A stretch of DNA of 64,000 bases from positions 3,107,404 through 3,171,403 of the forward strand of contig CAJFCJ010000007.1 of assembly GCA_904063045.1 (NCBI GenBank), given 5' to 3'. The translations under genes were made by a program, and so were the position numbers. How positions within the stretch are numbered: position 1 is the first letter of the stretch; every line of letters begins with the position of its first letter. The notes beneath the pieces were generated by a model. The model was given only the letters and a program-made list of their open reading frames with translations. It did not search any database and was not told where the DNA came from. Below, in pieces: positions 44,785-55,264 of this stretch. The DNA comes from Dimorphilus gyrociliatus. Taxonomy: Eukaryota; Animalia; Annelida.

Positions 44785-45545
44785 CATGTATATTTATATA
44801 TTAAATAATGAATGAAGTGAAAAATTGATCATCTGACCTCTTCGTAAGAAATGTTGGAGTCGTCATCTAGCAAAGCAACATCATCTAAATAAGATGAATG
44901 TTTAATTAACAAGACGCATAATTCATGTCTTGTAATTGAACCAGCGAGAATAAAACAGTTGTTATTACCATTATTGCTAGTTTCAATAACTGGAAATACT
45001 CCGTGATTTGTCTCACGTAATATTTTCATCCAAGATAAAACATTATCTCCCTTACAAATACAAATGGCTGGTTTGGACATAATTTCTTCAATTCGTGGCT
45101 CAACTAATCGACTAGACGGCGGATCTTCGTCCAAAAATGATATACATTTTAGCTCCAAAATTGCGTGATATAGAGAGTGAGTTAATAAATTTCCAGTGCT
45201 TCTCGCCATTATTACAGCGAACATAATAGGTAATAACATTGTGACATCATTAGTTATTTCAAGCATGATAACAGTAAGAGAGACAGTCAATCTAGATACT
45301 CCAGCAAAAAATGCTGCCGCTCCAATCAAACTCCATGCACCTGCATCAACCCAATCTGTATGACTGTTTCCTACAATTAAACCCAAGACGATTCCTGTTA
45401 AACGTCCTAATAGTCCTCCAATAAAAAACATAGGAACATCGAGACCGCTAGATACAGAGCATCCTGCTGTCTAAGTTGCAAAAAAGAAATATATAGGTAG
45501 CTATAAATGAAGAGAAGTGCCAGAATTCTCTTCAGCAGATCTTCT
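44336..45545 (-). pseudogene. 3' fragment of the CLC gene (duplicated, disabled)
   Basis: Lacks the 5' exons; two TGG>TAG changes near 45471 and 45501; 1-nt deletion in the last exon (SRKDLM becomes GRKV*). Confidence 0.9.
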
Positions 45546-46085
45546 CAGGTTTGATTGCAGATCGAGTTCTTATTGTGCTGAATCAAAGTTTGAAGTTACA
45601 GTCCGTATCGAATCACCTTTTGATGAACGCAGACATTCGAATTGATATTGCCATAGAACATTATCGCCTTTGCAGAGATTAAATCCATTTTCGTAATGAA
45701 CCGTTAGTCGGGCGTCGCTACCGTTCCAATTAACGGAGCAAGACACCTCTTTAGCGGCTGCCCAAGACGCCAACTGTCTCTGATTGTCGACGCGGAACAC
45801 TGTCAACCGAACACTGCTGACGTTTATGAACAAATTAACAATGTAAGACTAAACTGACTCTGTTTCATTTATTCTCTTACAAGTAATATTATCCGGTCAG
45901 TCAGAGTTTTCATGTGAATTTTCAATTGTCGTTCGACCATTAACAAAGCCGCTATTCTTGCTATTCTCGTCATCTTCTAACGGTAAAGTTAATGTATCCT
46001 CTGATAAGTCTGCTTGCACTTTGTACCATCTTTGCCTCAGAAAAATCTCAAGATTCCCTGATTTCATAATACAACCAGACGCCAT
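45546..46085 (-). pseudogene. Internally deleted beta-syntrophin copy
   Basis: Exon 1 with TTA>TGA at 45897; PDZ exon and first half of the last exon deleted; TAT>TAA at 45570. Confidence 0.9.
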
Positions 46086-46238
46086 GATGTCACATGACGA
46101 GATACGTATCATGTGATCGACGGAAATTTTAAAACTTTCGATAGATGGCATTAATATTCAATACGATTACTATCTTGAACACAATACCTGTGTTTAATCA
46201 AAAAAACATATCAAAGAGATGAAGTTTTAATACAAGAT

Positions 46239-47098
46239 ATGACAACAACAATAACAAAACCTGAAAGATTTTTAAAGATAATTAATGAAGATAATAGCAT
46301 AGAGGCAGATGGTATGGATAGCTATAATTCTAACATAGGTAAGCCTTTGATATCTCAAATAAATGAATGAGTCATTAAGTCTTATTTATATCATTCACTA
46401 AATAAAATAAATAGAACCTCAAGGTTATGAAGATGAAGGTCCACCGTCCTATGGGACAACGCAAAGGCAAGAACAAGAAAGGAATCTAGCTCAATTAGCC
46501 GCTTCAAACCGAGAAAGAACGCTTTCAACAAGAACGAATGAACCAGCTAACAACACTGAACCAGCCAACATTGAACTTACGCATAGGCATGGAGCTGGAA
46601 AAGTTACTGAATTATCCATCAATAACGGTGGTGGAGGTATAAACCTTATTGTTGGAAACCATAATGCAGTGAATATTGGCAGCAGTGGCAGCAGCAGTGT
46701 TTCCCAGTCACCTCCTTCAAAGCAATCATTATCACCTCCAGAAATAACTGGTAATATTATAAGTATACACTGCAGAGTAGTAATTCTTATTAATTACTTA
46801 TTTATTGGCAGACAGTGAAGAGATGGTTTCTGTAGGAATGGGACAATATGTATCTTCTAATTTAGGTTCTTTATGGAAGAGAGTGGGGAGAATTTTAGGT
46901 CTGACAGATGCAGATTTGGATTATATTGACTTAGATAACCTAATAGCCTCCGAAAAAGCTTATGACATGATACGAAAGTGGCGTCAATCTCGGGGCAGAG
47001 AAGCTTCTTATAAGGCTTTGGCAATGGCACTTGTTAACGCCGACCCTCGATTATACGATTTGGCAGCTAGCGTTAGCCCAAACGGAATATCTGTTTGA
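46239..47098 (+). CDS. IMD/RIP-like adaptor: N-terminal IEAD site, PPxY, RHIM-like motif, C-terminal death domain (240 aa, 3 exons)
   Basis: Exons 46239-46338, 46415-46750 and 46812-47098 are phase-consistent and open. Death domain WKRVGRILGL...AYDMIRKWRQSRGREASYKALAMAL; RHIM-like SINNGGGGINLIVGNHNAVNI. Confidence 0.75.
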
Positions 47099-47170
47099 TA
47101 TTCAGGCTAATTGCTTGTTAAGACATTAATATTTTACATACAAAAATGTATTTAAAGCATAATTAATTAT

Positions 47171-47578
47171 CTAAGATATTATTGAGTCATTTAATTCCAA
47201 AATTGGCCTGCCTCCGGTACTAATCTTTTCGTCCAGGGCGAATGGCATCAGATCCTTACGACTAACAACACCGAGCACTTCATTATGTTTGTTCGTAACA
47301 ACCAACTGTCGTAGGCCTAACGTTCTTAATAAGATATAAGCTCTGTGGAGCGAAAATGTACTGGGAATCGACATCGCTGACAAATTAACGTAACGAGTCT
47401 GTAAGGCGTTATAATAATCATCTTATAATATATAAGTGTATATAAATATAAAATAGATATAAATCATATATCCCTTACTAAATCAATGACGTAGTTATTC
47501 GCTTCATCTCTGTCATAGGCGTCATACGCATCTTGCAAATTTTTGTGATTAATAATCGTTTTAGATAACTGAAATATA

Positions 47579-47620
<42 letters not shown>

Positions 47621-50338
47621 CATGTATATTTATATATTAAATAATGAATGAAGTGAAAAATTGATCATCTGACCTCTTCGTAAGAAATGTTGGAGTCGTC
47701 ATCTAGCAAAGCAACATCATCTAAATAAGATGAATGTTTAATTAACAAGACGCATAATTCATGTCTTGTAATTGAACCAGCGAGAATAAAACAGTTGTTA
47801 TTACCATTATTGCTAGTTTCAATAACTGGAAATACTCCGTGATTTGTCTCACGTAATATTTTCATCCAAGATAAAACATTATCTCCCTTACAAATACAAA
47901 TGGCTGGTTTGGACATAATTTCTTCAATTCGTGGCTCAACTAATCTACTAGACGGCGGATCTTCGTCCAAAAATGGTATACATTTTAGCTCCAAAATTGC
48001 GTGATATAGAGAGTGAGTTAATAAATTTCCAGTGCTTCTCGCCGTTATTACAGCGAACATAATTGGTAATAACATTGTGACATCATTAGTTATTTCAAGC
48101 ATGATAACAGTAAGAGAGACAGTCAATCTAGATACTCCAGCAAAAAATGCTGCCGCTCCAATCAAACTCCATGCACCTGCATCAACCCAATCTGTATGAC
48201 TGTTTCCTACAATTAAACCCAAGACGATTCCTGTTAAACGTCCTAATAGTCCTCCAATAAATAGCATTGGAACAACGAGACCGCTAGATACAGAGCTTCC
48301 AGCTGTCCAAGTTGCAAAAAAGAAATATAAAGGTAGCCATAAAAGAAGAGAAGTGCCAGAAATCTCTTCAGCAGATCTTCTAGTAAAGAGACGTTTTATA
48401 TTATCTTCACCAGGACCCCATAAGATAGTACTAACTGTAAACAAATGGATGGTGAAATGGCCGTAACAAAAAAAAACATAAATAAATAAATTAAAGGAAA
48501 TTCTTACTATCACTGTAGCTATTTGTCTGATTGTGACACACGGACATGGCATTCTTAGCAGATTCATCACGAGTACTTTCGTTGCCGCAAAAAGATGCGT
48601 AACCTTCTTTGCAGTCTATTTTCGTGCAAGGTATCCTTAATGGTATAAAAGTACTTGCCGTTGTAATAATAAGCTGAATTGATATAAAACTTTTATGTAA
48701 TTGAAATAGTACAAATATAGTAATCCCTTTTCATTACCAATATAAATAATGGTTCCACTACATCAAATAGAATTTGAATAAGCCGAGGTTTCAGATTATT
48801 ACGTATACAAATTCTCAATCTACGTATTTTTAAATTAACAAAAGTAAAAAATGCTCCAAGTATACCGCAAATGCACCCTAAAAGTATTGCTGGTAAAAAA
48901 GCTATCACGTTCATTGATACTTTGGTGGAGACCTATTGAATTAATTTTAATTTAGTTAATAGTAAACATGATGATGTTTTAAGCAAGTGTTACTTCAAAT
49001 AGAATATCATCACGCGATTTAAATTGTCCAAAACTGCCTACATAATTAAACCTTTTAAAAGCGGAGTCAAGAAGATCAGTTGTAAAAGTTGCTAACATAG
49101 AGCAAAAGAATATCTGCCACATTAAAGACATTGACCAAAATGACGAAACTTCTTCTAACGAAAAGAGTAGTCCTCCAATAGGGGCTCTAAATGCTGTTGC
49201 AACACCGGCAGCTGCCCCTGCACTTATAAAATTCCGCCTATTGTACAAAACAAGCTATTTATGTTAACAAACAATTCTCATTAACTAACTTATCTTCAGA
49301 ATTTCGGAATCTTTTGAAAAACGGCAAATTTAATCGCAAAGTTCTTGTTTTCATTTGACTGATACCTGCTCCGATTAGTGCTCTGGAAAAGATATAATGG
49401 TATAGTAATTAGTTCCCAGTTGTAGTTCTATTATTAGAAGCTACCCAAGATGAATCATAGGTCCTTCAGGTCCAACTGGTAAGCCGCTTGCAACAGCAAA
49501 GCAACATGAAAGAAATTTAACAATTCCTGTTCTCAGATTGAAAATGTGACGCAATTGGGTTCCATTTAAGAAGCCTATTAATTCTGGCATACCAGAACCG
49601 GCAGCACTTGGTCGCCACTAAAAGATATAACGCTGAACTTTTTCTTGATATTAAGTTAATATATATTACACTTACTAAAATTAAAGACGAAGATAATAAT
49701 ACTAACAGTGCTCCAATACCAAATAATGTTAGATAGGCTAATCCGAAGTTTCCTTCCTAATAACGAAGTTAAAAAAGAATAAATAGGAGAAATTTAAAAG
49801 CAATAATAAACATTTACTTGAATGTATTTTCCAGCGGTGTGCCACTTGATGTAAGACAATACATCAATCAATTGATGAAGAAAGAACCCGCATATACCAA
49901 CACAAATTCCAATTAAAGCTGAAATCAACCATCTGTCTATTTCATATTTCCTGGAAATAGTAAAATAATTATTGATAAATGGCAGAGAACTTTTAATTCA
50001 GAATAAATACTTGAAATAAGATTGGGCCCAGGACCGATAAACTGAGTTGTCTGGAGGTAAATAATCAAAACTGTCGAAGGAAGCTAATTTCTGCTTCTCT
50101 TGAGGGGTGTACGAATGACTTGTATTAACACTCTCGATCTCTCTTCCCTGTTTAAGAGACAAACGAGAGAAAGATTATTAGCTATATTCTCAACTCAAAG
50201 ATTAATCTTTTGTTTGTTCACCTTATCGAAGAACCCTCGACAGCATCCTTTAGAATTCTCTTGATTCAAGAGAGCACTCTCATCAAACCATTCCAAGCCA
50301 CTAGTATCATGTTTTGGCGTTGAATTTAAAATACCCAT
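47171..50338 (-). CDS. CLC-family Cl-/H+ exchanger (CLC-6/7-related) with two CBS domains, intact copy
   Basis: GSGMPE, GPEGPMIHLG, AFRAPIGGLLFSLEEVSSFW, SGLVVP, HSLYH, CBS1 and CBS2; spliced from ATG 50338. Confidence 0.93.
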
Positions 50339-50880
50339 TTATCGCTCAATTAATGTTAAAAATTTATGTAAACCGCACAAAAAAATCATAAGAAAATTAT
50401 CTCAATTGCAATAGAAAACATCCCTCCACTTAATATTTAGTAATTTTTCATAAATAAGGGCTCAATAATAAAGAATTCAATAATTTCTTTCCGAACAATT
50501 TTATCGATAATAATTCTAACAATGGAACTCTCGTTGTGATGTCTCGAAAAAAAAATAAACTTATGTCTTATGATCTGATGAAGCAATAAACTATAAAAGA
50601 CAAAAGAAATGCGAGCAGATACTGTAATAAGAATACATTCAAGTTGTGATTAGTCATATTTAGAAATATTTCGTCATGATTATTAAAATAAAAAGAATTC
50701 GAAAACGTATAAATACATTTAGATAAATTAATGTAAAACAAATACGAAAGCTCACACTTAGAGTAACTTTTACATGACTATTTTCATATTTTCTTAAAAA
50801 AAACAAATTATCTTTTATGGTTAAATAATTTCAGGCAAAAAATGGTTAAGAGTGAAAGAGAAAAACAGTCATATTTGGTA

Positions 50881-52540
50881 TTAAAAACATATCTCTCGAG
50901 CTTCGGAAGTTTGCTGCTCAACTGGACAATATGGACATTTCACCCTTGAAAATAATAAAAATATTGTTATTAATAATCATTAATCAACATATTATTAACA
51001 ATAAAAATATAAATTTATTACTTATTGACTGTAGCTAATTTAAGCAGAGCGTCGCGAGAAATAACGTGACCACAAATCAATCTAAGTGGAGGATTTGCTT
51101 CGCTTGTCTGTTGTTTTAAAATAGGGCAGGCAAAAATCGAATGATAGCGATTTTCATTTGGTAATTCTATTTCAACTGGCAATTCATCCTTATTACTCCA
51201 GACGTCGTTACATTTTCTTTGGTGCATGATGTTTTTAATATCCAATAGAGGCGGTAGGGCTCTACAGCCCGCGTTTATTCTATAGAAAAAAACAGATTAT
51301 GAAAAATTCAAGTACATTCTTCAGCTTTTCACTTACACTACTGATAAAGGACTCTCAACGCTTAGACCGTTCAAGTAGCAAGCCTCTTTTAATAATAAAA
51401 TTTCAGCGTCTCTCCAGAGTTGAGCGTCTAGGAGATGGCTGTAAGGAGAATTCTCCAATCCCTTATTTACATACATTAAACATCCTATCAGGGTCTGAAA
51501 TTCTATTCAACAAGAAAACAAAGAAAAATCAATTAGTAGATTAGGATAATAGCCTCAATAATATCATACAAACCAGAAGTATGTTCAACGGCGAATTTAG
51601 ACAAGTGCTTTGTTGCGTAGGACAAACATTCAGTCAATTGCTTCTTCTTTACTAACTTAATAAATTGGAGTTTGTGTAGCGTAAATTCTAAATGACTATT
51701 TGTATTTTGAAAGCTATTTTTACAACTCTCGGCCCATCTGATATAAGGATATTTTATTACTAGTTTTTTATAATAAGATACTAAAGGATAATTGAAAAAT
51801 TAAACAAAATTATACTCACTCAATAGCCAATTCTAGATGATGGTTTTTTAACTCTTCTAATATACAATGCAACTTTAAGAACAATTCATGGTTTTCGTCA
51901 GTAAAGAGCATTCCAGATTCTCTTGCTAGTATATCGGTAATATCAATACGTCCTTCTCTTATCAAATGCTCAGCAATTGATTTATTTAATAAGTCATTGC
52001 GACATTCAAAAGACGGATCGGTAATTATAGCTTCAAAATCAGATGTAAAATTCTGTAAAATGATTATTATAAAGATTTTTGATATTATAGTTCAGTATTT
52101 AAATATTTTATATATAATATCGTTAACGATAAATAACAGCTAAGTTCGTCTTATTCATTATATATTATTTTTAAGTGTAAGCGTACCCTATCGATTGCTT
52201 TGCCAACTTTTGAGACTTGATTATGAAGATCTTTATGATTGTTACTTATTCTTGATAAGACGTTTCTCGTAATAGAATTACATGCTAAAAAGAGCTTCTC
52301 TCCCTCTTGAAGATCTCCCCCTAAAAGAAAAACACATACCACCACCTTATTAGCAAAGCTAAAAACAACCACAAAAAACCGTATAAAGCTTTAAATTTAC
52401 TAACCATTTTCAATTTTTTTTTTGAGTTCTGCAAAAGAATTAATAACATCATCTATTTCTTTTGCAGATTCTTCTTTCATAACTGCAAATTTTGATAACA
52501 CTTTATCAATTTCTTTCTGAACAGCATTACAATTCGCCAT
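50881..52540 (-). CDS. RMND5A: RMND5/GID2, CTLH E3 ligase RING subunit
   Basis: ELPVEIEL...YHSIFACPILKQQTSEANPPLRLICGHVISRDAL and the final exon KCPYCP; N-terminus MANCNAVQKEIDKVLSKF. Confidence 0.92.
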
Positions 52541-52687
52541 TATTGTTTATCGTTTGGAGACCAGATGTACGAAAAGAACCACAAGAAAACCAACGCCATC
52601 TGGATTGTTTCATCACAATGTGAAAACATTGAGTAAAGGCTAAAGTGTCCTTTTTTCACGCTGAAATAACTGTTAATTGCTGTTAAA

Positions 52688-53784
52688 ATGAGCGGTATGA
52701 CCAATTATCATCTAACATTAAATATAAAGACTCTTAATTGAAAATAATATGCTCTAAGATGGTATTATATTAATGTTTTTATAGAAACTTCGGAAAATGT
52801 GGAATCTAGATCGATTACCCTAACGGACTTTCAGAGAGCAAAAATTGAAAGAAATCGACAAAGGGCCGTCTTACTTAGGGAATCCAGATTGGCAAGGAGA
52901 CAATGGGACGCTATTAAGTATTAAAAATAATAATTTTGCTCAGAATCTGTACTTATCCAGCCCTATTATAGGAAAGAAGGTGCAACAGTGAAGAGAACAC
53001 TGGACAGTGGTGCCGGTTTTCTCATTGAAGACGAAGATGAACAAAAACCTTCTGCCAAATTAAAAATAGTCGAAGAAGTAGCTGGTAGATTGAAAGCCGC
53101 TGACCAACCTGGTCTTTACTGCGACGACTGTGGTAAAGAGTTTGTTGACTCCTACCTTTATAAAACTTATAATGCAGATGTCTGTGATCAATGCAGGTTA
53201 TTTTTAATCTTTAATGTCTTTAATTTAGAAATAATCTATTATTAATACAAAATTATAAACAATTACAATACACTTAAAAGGGATACGGAGGAGAAACATC
53301 GTCTTATTACAAGGACAGACGCCAAGAATAGATACTTGTTAAACGATGCTGATATAGATAAACGCGAACCAAAATTAAAGTTTACTTTAAAGAAAAATCC
53401 ACACAATAAACGATGGGGTGAAATGAAACTATATTTAGAGATACAAATTGCCGAAAGAGCATTTGAAGTTTGGGGAAGTGAAGAGGCTATTGAGGAAGAA
53501 AAAGAGAAAAGACTTCAAAAGAAGGAAGATGCAAAGAAAAAGAAATTTGATAAAAAATTAACAGGTATTATTCCCGCTATATTTAGTCATACTATATCAT
53601 ACTATTAGTTTTCATTTAATTTCATTTAACAGAGTTAAAAAAGGCAGCAAGAAGTAGTCTCTATAGAAAAATTGATACAACTCATCAACATGAATTTGGT
53701 GAAGAAGTCTATAACGAAGAAACCGATGAATATACGAAATCTTGTAAATCATGTTCCCATAAACTTACTTACGAAAAGATGTAA
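52688..53784 (+). CDS. XPA: DNA repair protein XPA
   Basis: [21 protein letters not shown]4 zinc finger CDDC...[26 protein letters not shown]-terminal YEKM*. Confidence 0.95.
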
Positions 53785-53862
53785 ATTAAAAAAACAAAAA
53801 TAACGTAATATATATATTTTTAACTAAATAAAATAAAGATATATATTTTTTTTTTAAAAAAA

Positions 53863-55164
53863 ATGATATTATTAAGAAATTTTCTAATTATTAGTAATTT
53901 TCCAATTTTAGGTTATTTCTTCTATTTAAAGCATAAAATTGTAAAGGAAGACTATTTAAAGAAGTTCTGTACTAGTTATTATAGTAATTTATCGTATGAA
54001 CCTTACCTTGAAACGGATTGTTTGAAAATTAATAGTTGTTTTAGACAGTTTAACACTAAAGTTGATAGTACTCTTAAAAACGAATGCTTACTTTTAATTT
54101 CTAATCGAAAGACGAAAGAATGCGAAGCTACTTCGTCAGTTTGTCTAGGATCCATTCTAAATTCATCTAGTTTAAATATAGCTCTACCGGATGAGAGCAA
54201 AAATCCTTGTTTCGTTAAACGATTACAAGATGTTGGGGAGGAAATTCGCCAAGATATCCAATTCAGGGGACTGTTAAATGCTGACTTTTTATGGCCCTTT
54301 AGTTTAGAAAATGGTGCAAAGTACTGTTTAAAAATTATTGGTTGGAGAACATTTACAGAAGCTTTTGGAGAATGTATGGCTAATGGACTCCGATTACTTC
54401 GATTAAGCATAGGTGATCATCAAGATGAAAGTGATAGTTTGGAAATAATAGAATACCTTTCGAAATCGTTCGATTTAGATCACAATACTTTCATTTGGTC
54501 AGAAACGGATCAAGATTACACGTTTAGGGATACACTAAATCCCCAATGGAGGTCTCCACAAACGGATAATCAATATACAAATGATACAGTAAGATAAGTA
54601 GATTGAACAATAGTAAGATTACATAAAATAATCTTTCAATCATTGATGTGCGATTTAAAGAGAGTTAGGATTGATTACGAAGGCTGTCTGACTGTTAGAA
54701 TAAGACCCGGATCGATTCTTTGGAGATATGTGGATTGTCAACGAAGTATGTTGACAATCTGCATAAAATCTATAGATGGCAACTGGGGTAAATGGGGTAG
54801 CTGGATAAATTCAAAAACGACAGCCTTACAAAACCGTCATAGAATATGTATTAATCCATCAAAGAGAATACGACGAGAATCCTCTTATCAAATCAAAAAA
54901 TCTCAACAGGCTAAAATAATAGTAATAATATTATCTATCTGCCTTTGTGCGGTTTTATCTCTTACCGGTATTATTCTGCAATGGTTCTACAGCTGCTTAA
55001 AAAATGAACAGATGAAATACGAATTAATGCAGGCAAAGGTTGATCAGAAATTATGTAAATTAAAATGGAGAAAACAAAACTCGGCAATGTTAGAGTATTG
55101 GCAATCGTTACCAACTGAAAATTTAAATTCATCTATTGATTTAGAAGATTCTGCTATTCTATAA
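53863..55164 (+). CDS. Type I membrane protein with C-type lectin-like domain, TSP1-like WxxWxxW start and TM
   Basis: YCLKIIGWRTFTEAFGEC...FIWSE...GCLTV...WRYVDC...TICIKSIDGNWGKWGSW; hydrophobic IIVIILSICLCAVLSLTGIIL; intron at about 54589-54660. Confidence 0.65.
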
Positions 55165-55264
55165 ATTTAATAACAAATTTATTATGAAGATCCTCTTTAT
55201 GGTGTAAGTTGCTTTTTGCACACTCATCCCTCACAAGGAGGGAGCAGGTTGAGGGGGTTTTTTA

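Larger units (their letters stand above)
41762..48381. repeat. Tandem segmental duplication (unit 1 about 41762-45545; unit 2 about 45546-48381)
   Basis: Near-identical blocks: syntrophin 3' end and exon 1, death-domain gene, CLC 3' exons and even the intronic (TA)n at about 44750 and 47585. Unit 2 is shorter by a 36-nt and an approximately 900-nt deletion. Confidence 0.97.
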
